From contig CAVTZU010000028.1 of assembly GCA_963739305.1 (NCBI GenBank), positions 32,001-96,000 on the forward strand: a stretch of 64,000 bases of DNA, in the 5' to 3' direction. Below are positions 1 to 10,038 of this stretch, in pieces. How positions within the stretch are numbered: the first letter of the stretch is position 1; each line of letters opens with the position of its first letter. The stretch is from Candidatus Bathyarchaeota archaeon. Its GTDB lineage: Archaea; Thermoproteota; Bathyarchaeia; Bathyarchaeales; Bathycorpusculaceae. A model generated the notes under the pieces. That model had not been told where the DNA came from, made no database searches, and saw only the letters and a program-made list of their open reading frames with translations. Position numbers and translations under genes: made by a program.

Positions 1-411
1 GAGCACATCCTCAGGAGTGCCCTTCTCCACAAGTTCCCTCATAGTAAGCTCTCCTTCACCGCGAACAACCATGTCGATCTGTGGGCAGGAAAGCATTAAG
101 TCTGGAACACTTGTCGGGTGATACCCGCCTATGACCGTTGTGGCTCCATTCTTCTTAGCGATCTTCGCGAGACGTAGACCTTGGTTATGCTCCGTTGCGG
201 ATAACGAAATGCCCACTAGGTCTGGGCAGTAGAGGTTGATCAGGTCTTGGAATGTTCTGTGTTCCATCTCCATGTCAATGATATGAACGTCTTCAACAGT
301 GTCCTCGATATAAGCCGCAATGTACTCCAAGCCAATAGGTATCAAGTCAAAAGCAAAGCTCAAGCCTTTCCTTCCAGAAGACTTCACCAGCAAGATTCTT
401 TTAAATGACAC
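1..411 (-). CDS. B12-binding radical SAM protein, N-terminal part (runs off window)
   Basis: Manual translation: MSFKRILLVKSSGRKG..PIGLEYIAAY..PDLVGISL..TVIGGYHPT..DMVVRGEGELT, typical of the cobalamin-binding domain of class B radical SAM enzymes; start codon uncertain. Confidence 0.8.
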   Translation of the reverse strand, partial: MSFKRILLVKSSGRKGLSFAFDLIPIGLEYIAAYIEDTVEDVHIIDMEMEHRTFQDLINLYCPDLVGISLSATEHNQGLRLAKIAKKNGATTVIGGYHPTSVPDLMLSCPQIDMVVRGEGELTMRELVEKGTPEDVL

Positions 412-874
412 TCGAAACACCAAAGTTAATGCGAAAACTATTACGGTAACTTATAAAAACCAATCGCGTTCCAGGCACGCTTAGCCGCTTCAATCTGCCT
501 TTTCCTTTGATTTTTCCATGTTATTACACGATATTAATATAAGAGATTTTCAAAAGAAAAGTCACTTTCTACTCCTAAGTCAAACCAACTAGCAGTATTG
601 GAACAGTCAGTATTTCCTTGAAAATCTCTATGTCTCGTTTTACGTTCTGAAATCTCAGTAGCGCGCGCTAAGGTGTACAGGGCGTATACTCGATTTCGAT
701 AACATCTATCTATAGTAGATTCTGACATATCCTTCCTGTTCCATTAATGTCCATAGGTGTATCCTGAATCAGGTATCCAGTCTTTCGCCATCCATGAGGA
801 AGCATGTGGATAGTTGTCCGTTAACCGTCGTCCGTCGCGGTCGCCGCCGTGGTTCGCGGTCGTCGTAGTCCGTC

Positions 875-913
875 CGTCGTGGTTGGTTGGATAAAACTTT
901 ACCCCCAAACCCA
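875..913. repeat. att-like site 1: arm X - 13-bp core ATAAAACTTTACC - arm Y
   Basis: GGATAAAACTTTACCCC at 889-905 is repeated directly at 3207-3223; the flanks are inverted relative to site 2. Confidence 0.75.
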
Positions 914-1030
914 AACCCAAAACCCACGGAACCGACAAAGACTAATAATGAGTTGTCCTACGCATCTAGTTGAGGCTTGTCGGTGAGCCTAGGCAGAAAA
1001 ATTTCAAACGCGCGCGCAGCTGTTGGTAGC

Positions 1031-1768
1031 ATGAACAGCAGAATTGTGTTGCTCACTTTGATCTCAACGTTCCTGTTGTTTGCATTGGTTGTGGCAGCAT
1101 CAGCTCAGACGAGGGTAGTAGGCGTTAGTGTGGGAAACAAGTTTAGGTATAGTTTCATCATTAGCTGGAGTTCAAACGACCCGAGTGCTACACCTCCGTC
1201 CTCCCTAATAGATAACAACAATACAGAATGGATGGAGATTTCCGTTACAGGCATTTCTGGCACAAACATAACAGGACAAACGATTCAACATTACAAGAAC
1301 GGGACCGAAACAACCACGGACGTCTGGATAGACTTATACACTGGACCTAGCGGGAATACGTTGCCCTATTTCATTTCAGCCAACCTAGCAGCAGGCGATT
1401 CTGCCTACACTTCGTCTCCATTCAATACTACTTGGATCATGAACGAGACCGTGCCTAGAACGTACATAAGCGGTGCAAGAGACACAAACCACATCAACGC
1501 AACGGCCTCGTATGAGACAGAAAGTTTCCCTACTAACATGTACTGGGACAAGTCGACAGGAGTCTTCGTTGAGTTAATGCAAGAAAACACAAATAAGACA
1601 GACGCATACACTGCAACTTCGTTATTCGACATCCAAATCATCAGTCCAGACCTCTGGACAATCCCCGAGTTTCCCGCATGGATCTCCGCACTGCTTATAC
1701 TCATCGCGCTCACGTCAGCCACAATGGTCATCGCTAGACAAAGACAACCCAAAAGACCCTTCCGCTAA
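1031..1768 (+). CDS. Secreted/surface protein with C-terminal PEF-CTERM-like sorting signal
   Basis: Signal peptide (MNSRIVLL..ASAQ); many N-x-S/T sequons; C-terminal IPEFP + hydrophobic helix + basic tail. ATG 1031 preferred over ORF start 977. Confidence 0.8.
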   Translation: MNSRIVLLTLISTFLLFALVVAASAQTRVVGVSVGNKFRYSFIISWSSNDPSATPPSSLIDNNNTEWMEISVTGISGTNITGQTIQHYKNGTETTTDVWIDLYTGPSGNTLPYFISANLAAGDSAYTSSPFNTTWIMNETVPRTYISGARDTNHINATASYETESFPTNMYWDKSTGVFVELMQENTNKTDAYTATSLFDIQIISPDLWTIPEFPAWISALLILIALTSATMVIARQRQPKRPFR

Positions 1769-2005
1769 ACCTTCTTTCCACAGCGCGCGACCACCAATAG
1801 AACGCAAACACAAAATCAAATACAAATAACCCCTCTTTCCTTTTGTTCGAGATTATGCTTGACCATTATGTCGCGCTCGCATAACGCTCGCGCTCCAACC
1901 CTCAAAAACTGGAAACAACAACTAGAACGCGTTTATAATCTGAAGATAAAACCTTACCTCAACCAATCAAGTGATTTCTTTATAGGGCGAGTCTCTACTG
2001 ATTAC

Positions 2006-2233
2006 ATGGAGATTGAAAGTTTGGATAGAAGAGCCAAACTAATCGGTCTTGGCGTCCTTCTGATCATCAGTGGCATAGTAATTCCATTTCTCTGGGTTAT
2101 TGAGCATCACAACTCACTAAATGGACTGGAAGTGATTACATACGAGTTTCCTCTGCAATACTATGGTGGCGTACTGACAGTCCTTGGCATAATCATAGCT
2201 GTAATAGGGCTGAAATTGAAGGATAAAACGTAA
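2006..2233 (+). CDS. Small two-TM membrane protein
   Basis: Two hydrophobic segments in ORF 1859..2233; the internal ATG at 2006 is more plausible. Confidence 0.6.
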   Translation: MEIESLDRRAKLIGLGVLLIISGIVIPFLWVIEHHNSLNGLEVITYEFPLQYYGGVLTVLGIIIAVIGLKLKDKT

Positions 2234-2304
2234 ACGCGTGCGCGCGCGCTTAAGCCCCTCTGCACCAGGGACCTGAGTGCGCGTTAGCGGGCAATACTTC
2301 GATC

Positions 2305-3102
2305 TTAGGTAGCACCTGTTTCTAAAGTGGTTAAGAGCTGGTCTTCTATCTGTACGTGGTATCTGAAGTGTTCATTCGGGTCCTTTAGCAAGACGTAGGT
2401 CCAGTAGATTCCGAACAACCCAAGAGTTACTAGGTTCAATATGAAGTAGAGAGCAAAGCTTCTGTCAGGCAGTGCCTCCGTTCTTCTTGGCACGGAAAAC
2501 TTGACGCCGCATTTGTCCAGTGTTTTGCTCATGTCTTCCCAGAATCCATCTTCTCTTCTCTCATGCTTGTAGAAGTCCTTCATAAGAAAATACCACACAT
2601 AAAGGGCGGCGATACCCGTGATCACCGACAGAATAGCCCAAAGCACCGCGTTTTTCTCGGTCTCCTCCGCCTTGACTTCTCTCACAGTCCTATCGCCAGA
2701 TGCCAAACCAACTTCCACATCGACACCCTTTCTAGTCGCTATTGCTTTCACTGCGGCCACAACATCCTCAAAAAGGAAAATCTGCCTCTTGAAATGGGCA
2801 TTACGCCTTCGAACCAGCCTGTATATGAGTATTAGATCCACAATGAAACTGACTCCGATAACTACATACACCAATGCTATGATTCCGAAAATACCCGGCA
2901 AAAATTGAGATGCAGAAAACTGACCTGGACTGGAAGTCACCGTTCCAACCGCGAAAAAGAAGGCACCGATGACCAGCGCAAATATCAAGAAACCCATAAT
3001 GAAGGGGAGGAGATAAATGAGTATCCATGCACTCGACATCATCGAGTCGGTCTCCACACGCATCCGAATATCTTTCTTTATGTTTTCATTTTCAACACTC
3101 AA
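2305..3102 (-). CDS. Membrane protein with repeated DUF4234-like segments
   Basis: Repeated LSVITGIAALYVWY / LVTLGLFGIYWTY..NEH segments. Confidence 0.7.
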   Translation of the reverse strand: MSVENENIKKDIRMRVETDSMMSSAWILIYLLPFIMGFLIFALVIGAFFFAVGTVTSSPGQFSASQFLPGIFGIIALVYVVIGVSFIVDLILIYRLVRRRNAHFKRQIFLFEDVVAAVKAIATRKGVDVEVGLASGDRTVREVKAEETEKNAVLWAILSVITGIAALYVWYFLMKDFYKHERREDGFWEDMSKTLDKCGVKFSVPRRTEALPDRSFALYFILNLVTLGLFGIYWTYVLLKDPNEHFRYHVQIEDQLLTTLETGAT

Positions 3103-3198
3103 TCTATTCGCCCCTTTTCGATGAATACATATCCTATCCGACGATTAAAAGTTTTTGACAAAACTACCGCGCGCTGAGTAAGAGAGAGTAAAATAGAG

Positions 3199-3238
3199 TG
3201 GGTTTGGGATAAAACTTTACCCCAACAGCCAGACGACG
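3199..3238. repeat. att-like site 2: inverted arm Y - core - inverted arm X
   Basis: TGGGTTTGGG ATAAAACTTTACC CCAACAGCCAGACGACG. Confidence 0.75.
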
Positions 3239-3343
3239 TTGCAGAAAGGTTATTGCTGGAAGATCGAGTCAAGCGGGTTTATATGAAAATTTATGAAAAA
3301 CCAATTTAGAAATGTGGCTATAAAAAGGATGGAAAAAGGAGCT

Positions 3344-4648
3344 TTATGGTCCTTTCTTGGTGATTTCTTTCACGATGCCCGCGGCCACTGTTGTGCCCAT
3401 GTCCCGTACTGCGAAACGCCCAAGCTCTTCAAATTCCACGAAGGTTTCCATTGCAATTGGGTGAAGCGGTTCCATCTTTACGATAGCCGCGTCTCCCGTC
3501 TTCAGGAACGCAGGTTTCTCTTCGACGACTTGTCCTGTACGTGGGTCGATCTTTCTGATTAGCTCCGTGAATTTGCATGCGATTTGTCCTGTGTGGTAGT
3601 GCAACACTGGCGTGTATCCGGCTGCGACAGCCGTCGGGTGGTAGATTACGATTATCTGTCCGATGAACTCCTTGACTACCGTTGGTGGGCTCGACACGTG
3701 TCCGCATACGTCTCCGCGGTGAATGTCTGTTTTTGCGACTCCTCGAATGTTGAAACCGATGTTGTCGCCTGGTTCGGCCTTCGGGATTCTTTCATGGTGC
3801 ATTTCGAGCGATTTCACTTCGCCTTGTTTGTTCGAGGGCATGAAGATTACGATGTCGTTTTCTTTGATTATGCCAGTCTCAACTCTGCCAACTGGGACGG
3901 TACCTACTCCTGTGATGCTGTAGACATCTTGGATTGGTACCCGCAGCGGTTTGTTCGTGGGTTTTGACGGCACTTCAAACGTGTCCAGAGCTTCGATCAG
4001 TGTCGGTCCGATGTACCATGGCATCTTTTCGCTCTTCTTGACGAGGTTTTCGCCTGTCCAGCCTGAGGTTGGCACGAACGGAATCTTTTCGATCTTGAAG
4101 CCTACCATCTTTAGCATTCTGCTGACTTCGTTCTTGATTTCATTGTAGCGTTCTTGGCTGTAGTTGACGGAGACGTCGTCCATCTTGTTGACGGCGACGA
4201 CTAGTTGTCGTACTCCTAGTGTGAACGCGAGGAATGCGTGTTCTCTGGTTTGTCCGCCTGGTCCGATGCCTGCTTCGAATTCTCCTCTTCTAGCTGAGCA
4301 GAACAGGACGGCACCGTCAGCTTGGCTGGCGCCCGTGATCATGTTTTTTACGAAGTCTCTGTGACCGGGTGCGTCGATGACTGTGAAGTAGAATTTCTTG
4401 GTTTCGAACTTTAGGAATCGAAGGTCGATGGTTACTCCTCGTTCTCTTTCCTCTTTGAGGTTGTCGAGGACCCATGCAAACTTGAAGCTTTCTTTTCCTG
4501 CTGCCTTTGCTTCTTCTTCGAACTGCTTTATGGTTCTCTCGTCGACTGCTCCCGCAAGGTATAGCAGGTGTCCTGTGGTTGTGGATTTTCCGTGGTCAAC
4601 GTGACCCATGATGACGAGGTTTAGGTGTGGCTTTCCGACTTTGCTCAT
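3344..4648 (-). CDS. tuf: Translation elongation factor EF-1 alpha
   Basis: [31 protein letters not shown]; GGAGGAG RBS before ATG 4648. Confidence 0.99.
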   Translation of the reverse strand: MSKVGKPHLNLVIMGHVDHGKSTTTGHLLYLAGAVDERTIKQFEEEAKAAGKESFKFAWVLDNLKEERERGVTIDLRFLKFETKKFYFTVIDAPGHRDFVKNMITGASQADGAVLFCSARRGEFEAGIGPGGQTREHAFLAFTLGVRQLVVAVNKMDDVSVNYSQERYNEIKNEVSRMLKMVGFKIEKIPFVPTSGWTGENLVKKSEKMPWYIGPTLIEALDTFEVPSKPTNKPLRVPIQDVYSITGVGTVPVGRVETGIIKENDIVIFMPSNKQGEVKSLEMHHERIPKAEPGDNIGFNIRGVAKTDIHRGDVCGHVSSPPTVVKEFIGQIIVIYHPTAVAAGYTPVLHYHTGQIACKFTELIRKIDPRTGQVVEEKPAFLKTGDAAIVKMEPLHPIAMETFVEFEELGRFAVRDMGTTVAAGIVKEITKKGP

Positions 4649-4717
4649 TTCTTCTCCTCCTATTTTCAATAATTTCCTCTAGATTTTAGTGATTTCGTTA
4701 ACACAACTGTTCGATCA

Positions 4718-4735
4718 GTTATTTTAAGTTTGCCG
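4718..4735 (-). promoter_or_regulatory. Probable BRE/TATA promoter of tuf
   Basis: Minus-strand CGGCAAACTTAAAATAAC about 75 bp upstream of the start. Confidence 0.45.
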
Positions 4736-4874
4736 AGGTTAAAGGTCACTTTGCGTTATTGGATACAAATGGAAACATCGCTGATTCGCGCAGCAAACTT
4801 CCTTTGTTAAGTCTTCCGTTATGACGTCTTAACCGAGTAAAAACGACGATCGGCCATCGTTCTGGTCAGACTGA

Positions 4875-5357
4875 CTACATCATAAAACCATTTCTTGTGA
4901 GAACTATTGCAGTTCCTTTCCTCACAATCGTATTGCATGAAAATTCAACTCCGCCTATACTGAGAGCATCTTTGGTTGCTACGATCGCATGTGGATACCC
5001 TTCAATATGAAAAACGCCATTGACCTCAACCTCAGTTGGTTTGTGAAAGATTAGTTCGAAAATCTTTGCGTTATCACTTTTTCTTGTCAAGGTCATTTTC
5101 TTGATATCGTTCCCTTCCCGTTCCTCTTTGCCTTCGTAGTCCTTATGAATATGAACGAATGAGGTTGACTTGTACACTTTTCCCAACAAATCATTTTTGT
5201 CATCTCTTATTTCAACGTCTATCATAGGTTTAGAATCTGAGGCTCGCAACTCATATTTGAAAAGTTGCTTGTCTTTCCCATTGTCTCTGAAAACTATTGG
5301 TACGTCTACACCAATCAAGCGATTGCTTCCAAAAAGAACGGTAATCAATGATTTCAC
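4875..5357 (-). CDS. Hypothetical beta-rich protein
   Basis: 160 aa ORF with a promoter-like sequence about 30 bp upstream. Confidence 0.65.
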   Translation of the reverse strand: MKSLITVLFGSNRLIGVDVPIVFRDNGKDKQLFKYELRASDSKPMIDVEIRDDKNDLLGKVYKSTSFVHIHKDYEGKEEREGNDIKKMTLTRKSDNAKIFELIFHKPTEVEVNGVFHIEGYPHAIVATKDALSIGGVEFSCNTIVRKGTAIVLTRNGFMM

Positions 5358-5377
5358 CGAGAGTTACTATTCTCTTT

Positions 5378-5412
5378 GTTCAGCTATAACTTTTCCGCAA
5401 AACCAGAAACTG
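5378..5412 (-). repeat. 35-bp direct repeat copy 1 containing a BRE/TATA-like promoter
   Basis: GTTCAGCTATAACTTTTCCGCAAAACCAGAAACTG; 32/35 identical to 5849-5883. Confidence 0.75.
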
Positions 5413-5456
5413 ACTAAGAACCGATAAAAAAGTTGTCTATTGGGGTTGTTCTTAGC

Positions 5457-5801
5457 TTATGCAACGGTATTCCATATTGACTGCGTAATAGGCGTGTGGT
5501 GGTCTTTTATTTTGTGCCATTCTGTCATAAGCTCCTTGATCTCTTTGTGCTCGAAAATTCTCTTCTCCCACTTCTTCATGTCTTCCATGCTTTTGAATTC
5601 ACACATTTCAACGTATGTGCCAGCTACTCCACCGTATTCTTGCTCGAAAATTCGCCACGATATCAGTCCTTCAAAAACCTTCGAGTCTGCCTTCATAATT
5701 TTTCGGAATTTTTTCATCAAAGCCTGAAATTCTGCTCGCTTTCCATCTTTGATCCCGCATGTTAAAACAAAGACGATACCCATATTTCTGTTCACCTCCA
5801 C
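5457..5801 (-). CDS. Dimeric alpha-beta barrel (NIPSNAP/ABM-like) protein
   Basis: IKDGKRAEF..GTYVEMCEFKSMEDMKKW pattern. Confidence 0.65.
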   Translation of the reverse strand: MEVNRNMGIVFVLTCGIKDGKRAEFQALMKKFRKIMKADSKVFEGLISWRIFEQEYGGVAGTYVEMCEFKSMEDMKKWEKRIFEHKEIKELMTEWHKIKDHHTPITQSIWNTVA

Positions 5802-5848
5802 ATCTTGCTATTCGTTCACGCTAGGTCAAACTCTAAGTATATTGTCTG

Positions 5849-5883
5849 GTTCACCTATAGCTTTTCCGCAAAACCAAAAACTG
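5849..5883 (-). repeat. 35-bp direct repeat copy 2
   Basis: GTTCACCTATAGCTTTTCCGCAAAACCAAAAACTG. Confidence 0.75.
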
Positions 5884-6048
5884 GCTTGAAAACATTCCTA
5901 GAGGAGTCTTTTACCGTTTTTCGGGTTTGTGTTTTTCTCTTATTCTTTTTTGGTGTAGTTCCATCGTATGCTTTCTTGGCAATTCTTTCTCGCACACCGT
6001 CAGAGATTTGAGACAAATTCTTAAGGCGTATAAGGCTCTTATTCAAAC

Positions 6049-7620
6049 ATGGCTAAGACCGCATTCGCCTTTAACACGTTGTATTATGGCGATAACCTAG
6101 AAGTTCTTAGAAAGCATTTTTTAGATAACTCTGTTGACCTCGTTTATCTCGACCCACCATTCAATAGCAAAGCTGACTATAACATTCTTTTCAAAGAATC
6201 GACAGGTGAGCAATCAGTAGCCCAGATTCAAGCGTTTAGCGATTTTTGGCATTGGGATAAGAATGCAGAGAGCACGTACTTGGAGATTCAAGAAGATCCG
6301 AACCTAACAGAGATGGTTCAGTTTCTCAAAGCACATCTGGGCAGAAACGACATGATGGCGTACCTTGTAATGATGATAGTAAGGCTAAAAGAACTTCACA
6401 GAGTGCTTGAGCTCACAGGTTCTTTGTATCTTCATTGTGATACAAACGCGAGCCACTACCTCAAATTAGTGCTTGACTCGATTTTTGGGCCTAGGAACTT
6501 TCGGAATGAAATCATCTGGAAGCGCGTCACTGCCCACTCAGATGCGGAAAGGTATGGCAGAGTTGCAGATCGATTACTTTTCTATTCCAAGACTGACGGA
6601 TACAAATTCAACAGACAGAGCAGGGCTCGCAAAGAAGACTACATAAAGACAAAGTTCTCTCATGTAGACAAAGAAGGCAGACATTTCAGACTCGATAATC
6701 TAAATCCGCCTGGAGGTCGAGGACCTATTTACGAGTTTCACGGGATAACCAGACCCTGGAGATTCACGCAAGAAAAGATGCTGCAACTTGAAAAGCAAGG
6801 TCTGATTTATACTAAATCAAGAATACCGCAACTTGTACGATACTTAGATGAGCTTGAAGCGAAAGGCGGAGCAGCGGTGCATGAGATTTGGGACGATATT
6901 CCGCCTATCAATTCAATGGCTAAGGAACGGATGGGCTTTCAGACGCAGAAACCGATACCGTTGCTTGAACGAATCATTTCGGCGAGCAGCAACGAGGGCG
7001 ATTTGGTTCTTGATCCATTCTGTGGTTGCGGAACGACTATCATGGCTGCTCAAAAACTGAAAAGAACATGGATAGGAATAGACATAACGCACCTGGCAAT
7101 TTCACTCATCAGATCACGACTTAAAGAAATTCATATAGTGGCTAACAAGGACTATAAAATCATTGGCGAACCTGCCGATTTTGAAAGTGCGAGAGAACTA
7201 GCAGAAACAAATCCGTATCAGTTTCAGTGGTGGGCTCTTTCGTTGATTGATGCAAGACCTGCTGGACAAACAAACGAGAGTCAACAAGGAAAGAAGGGTG
7301 CAGACAAGGGCATAGATGGATGGTTGACTTTCCGAGAGACTGACAATCTAAATCTGAAAAGAATAGTGATTCAAGTGAAGGGTGGAACACATATAGGTGC
7401 TCAGATTGTGAGAGACTTAATCGGAACGGTTCAAGCTACTAAATCAGCAATGGGCATACTCATAACTTTGTATGAACCCACAGAACAGATGAAGCAAGCA
7501 GCGATGGAAGCAGAATACTACGAATCGCCAACATGGGGACACAAATACCCAAAGATTCAGATAATGACAATTCCCGAACTGCTTAAGGGCTCGAAACCCA
7601 TTCTGCCACACACTCACTGA
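6049..7620 (+). CDS. N6/N4 DNA methyltransferase (beta class) fused to a C-terminal Mrr-like PD-(D/E)XK domain
   Basis: YLDPPF, TQKP..LL, LDPFCGCGT; C-terminal DKGIDG..IQVKGG. Confidence 0.92.
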   Translation: MAKTAFAFNTLYYGDNLEVLRKHFLDNSVDLVYLDPPFNSKADYNILFKESTGEQSVAQIQAFSDFWHWDKNAESTYLEIQEDPNLTEMVQFLKAHLGRNDMMAYLVMMIVRLKELHRVLELTGSLYLHCDTNASHYLKLVLDSIFGPRNFRNEIIWKRVTAHSDAERYGRVADRLLFYSKTDGYKFNRQSRARKEDYIKTKFSHVDKEGRHFRLDNLNPPGGRGPIYEFHGITRPWRFTQEKMLQLEKQGLIYTKSRIPQLVRYLDELEAKGGAAVHEIWDDIPPINSMAKERMGFQTQKPIPLLERIISASSNEGDLVLDPFCGCGTTIMAAQKLKRTWIGIDITHLAISLIRSRLKEIHIVANKDYKIIGEPADFESARELAETNPYQFQWWALSLIDARPAGQTNESQQGKKGADKGIDGWLTFRETDNLNLKRIVIQVKGGTHIGAQIVRDLIGTVQATKSAMGILITLYEPTEQMKQAAMEAEYYESPTWGHKYPKIQIMTIPELLKGSKPILPHTH

Positions 7621-7728
7621 AACATAAGTACTATTCTTAAAGAAAATCGCGTATGCCTAAGACTATTTCACGTTCAAAGTCTGCCCAAAGGTTTTATTTC
7701 TCTAATGACAGTCTAATGAATGGTTTGA

Positions 7729-8541
7729 ATGGAAGACAAAATAGCGGCATATCAACAGCGACGGAAAGATCGAACAAGATCTTTGAGGATAATAGTCGTA
7801 TTTTGGGCAGCCTATGTGACCATAGCCACCTTAGTAACGTATTATGAACGCGTTACTTTCTACATTTTTTCTCAATCGGATATATAGGAGCATTTGTAAC
7901 ATTTTTTGCGTTTTTGAAAGCCCACTCTCCAGAAAAGTATGAAATCAGGATAAGTTATGATTTCTCAACAGCAATGTCATTTCTGAAGATGAGTGAAAAG
8001 GAAAAAGGACGAGCAGCAGGTCGTCATAGAAGGAAGGCTGCCAACTACATCAGAAGTGCGCTGGACTGGGTGAGTAGGCTCTCAAACCTCGCTGAACGCT
8101 CTGAGATAATGGAAAAAGAGATGTGTGAAAGACTCGAGACATTCAGAGTCGATGTTGAGAAATTCGTTTTGCCGCGAATAGCAATTCAAGAAGACGCAAA
8201 TCGTCTTGAACCAATGCTCAGTGGATTTTCCAAATTCTTCGCAGATCAATGGGAATCATATGGAATGAAACAACTTGACGAGATAAACAAGAATGTCCAA
8301 AGTTTGGGCAATCCTTCAAAACAATTGGGAACTTTTCGGACTGCCTTGCGTAGTTTTGTCAAATATAAAGCCGATAACTCTGCTTCTTTCGTCGATTCTA
8401 GGCTTTGGCGCAGCAACTGCCATCATTTTAGGCATTCTCACTGTTGACGCATTTGGATGGATCAGATCGAACGTTGGTTCTTTCATACTTGCTGGTACTG
8501 CACTAAGTGCATCTATCGCAGGGATATTCACGAGAAGCTAG
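7729..8541 (+). pseudogene. Membrane protein gene with two frameshifts
   Basis: MEDKIAAYQQRR..VVFWAAYV (from ATG 7729) joins ORF 7914..8447 by a frameshift near 7865, and joins the hydrophobic tail of ORF 8293..8541 by another near 8368. Confidence 0.6.
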
Positions 8542-8653
8542 AAGCGGGCATGCTTTCATGTTCATTTTTACTTAGGTCTCTCTCAGTTTGCTTAATGTCG
8601 TTTCGGGAAAGGTCTTTTATCTGAAAATCGGGGCAGGTTTCATTGTGGGCTTG

Positions 8654-8857
8654 ATGGAGACAAAACAGAAAGCAATACTTCATTATCTTCAGAACGAACC
8701 GGTTGAAATTCCAAAAGACGATCTGTTCGTCAGCATAACCCTTCACAGATTGCCCGCGACGTTGGTGCGGTTGTTCGCTTTGAAAGTTGCGTATCAATAT
8801 CCCGGCGGAATAAGCGAAGCAATCCAAGACCTAATGAAGAAAGCAATCAGAGATTGA
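8654..8857 (+). CDS. Small ribbon-helix-helix-like DNA-binding protein
   Basis: VSITLHRLPATLVRLF..GGISEAIQDLMKKAI strand-helix-helix pattern. Confidence 0.65.
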   Translation: METKQKAILHYLQNEPVEIPKDDLFVSITLHRLPATLVRLFALKVAYQYPGGISEAIQDLMKKAIRD

Positions 8858-8950
8858 TATTTACTGCGCGCAAAACAGGCCCAAACTGTGCCAGAACAGC
8901 GGTATTCTGCCAAGTTTTCTGGTTACGAAGCGTTCTTGAGCTTACCTACC

Positions 8951-9116
8951 GAGAAGTTTGAACTTCTCTCCAAACGGTATCGCTTACTGACAAGCTAGAT
9001 TTTCTTTGTAAAGTAAAGGCGAATCATATTAGGATCCAAATATGTTAAGTAGGAAGGTCTAGAAAAAAAGGAAGTAAGAGGCTCTAATACTGCTTCGGGA
9101 GAAGTTTGAACTTCTC
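8951..9116. repeat. Pair of identical 18-bp quasi-palindromes GAGAAGTTTGAACTTCTC (8951-8968, 9099-9116)
   Basis: Read directly; related pair at 17025-17213. Confidence 0.85.
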
Positions 9117-9460
9117 GGAGTGAGAAGGGCTACTTGGTTCTGTGATTCCAATAGGTATGCAGTCCGGTCTATTCCTGCCACGACCACACTTTTTGTAATG
9201 GTTGAGAACTCGAAAAATGTTGAAGAAAAAACGAACCAATAGCACCTCAGCGAGGCGTGCCCACTATTATACGATACTCTTCAGAATCTGAAAAGCGCGA
9301 ATCCAAAAGAAACGAATTTCAAATTCTCATGTATAATCTGTCAAATAGGTTCGCCTTCGTTTCTCTACGGCATTTTTCCCTTAGAAATCGTAAGTCGTCG
9401 AAGTAGGCTAACGCATATAGGATTTAAGCGGCTAGCTGATTCAGGTGAGAGGATGCGTCT

Positions 9461-9811
9461 GTGGACCAAAGGTTATCAGCTATTTATCCTAAACGGAATC
9501 CTGAAGAGCGTTTCATCGCATTAGAAGAGGTCAAAATGCTTCTGAAGTCTAGGCTTGTCAACGTAGATTGTATGCTTGAAGTCCTTTTCAAATCAAATTA
9601 TGGATGCATTGACTTCAACATTGGCGACATCGCAATTCAATTTGTGCGCGGTTTTGGAGTGTGGTCTGAAAGAAGGGATGTGATTCAAATGACAGTTGAG
9701 CTTCAAAAAGATGATGTTGGAGAAATAATTGGATATGAGTATACCCTTGTTGAACTTGGGAGGATAAACGCGCAGAAACTAGCAAAATCAGACATTCGGG
9801 AGGAGGGCTGA
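9461..9811 (+). CDS. Hypothetical protein
   Basis: 116 aa ORF preceded by GGTGA RBS; abuts the next gene. Confidence 0.6.
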   Translation: MDQRLSAIYPKRNPEERFIALEEVKMLLKSRLVNVDCMLEVLFKSNYGCIDFNIGDIAIQFVRGFGVWSERRDVIQMTVELQKDDVGEIIGYEYTLVELGRINAQKLAKSDIREEG

Positions 9812-9973
9812 TTGAAAGCTCACTATGCCATCGAGAACGGTAGAATCTTGCGGACCAACCCCTTCTGTCCGAGATGTGGTGAAGGAGTTTTTATGGCAGA
9901 CAAAGGTGAATGGTGGTCATGCGGAAAATGCGGAGACAGATACAACAAGAAAGCTTTTGCGCGTCGCTGCTGA
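9812..9973 (+). CDS. rps27ae: Ribosomal protein eS31 (S27ae)-like zinc-ribbon protein, 53 aa, not in the ORF track
   Basis: MKAHYAIENGRILRTNPFCPRCGEGVFMADKGEWWSCGKCGDRYNKKAFARRC; GGAGGAGG RBS. Confidence 0.8.
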   Translation: MKAHYAIENGRILRTNPFCPRCGEGVFMADKGEWWSCGKCGDRYNKKAFARRC

Positions 9974-10038
9974 AATTGACTCCATATAACAAAAACTGAT
10001 TTAATGCCGCTCAAAGCAAGACTTGGTGAGAAGGAATG

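Noticed and set aside
534-938. Two 64-aa minus-strand ORFs
   Set aside because: Low-complexity translations crossing the att-like site and a GC tract; no family features.
2229-2289. attC-like hairpin (CGTAAAC...GTTAGCG) after a small gene, suggesting a classical integron
   Set aside because: Single imperfect instance whose pairing comes mostly from GC tracts; the integrase shows no recognisable IntI-specific insertion.
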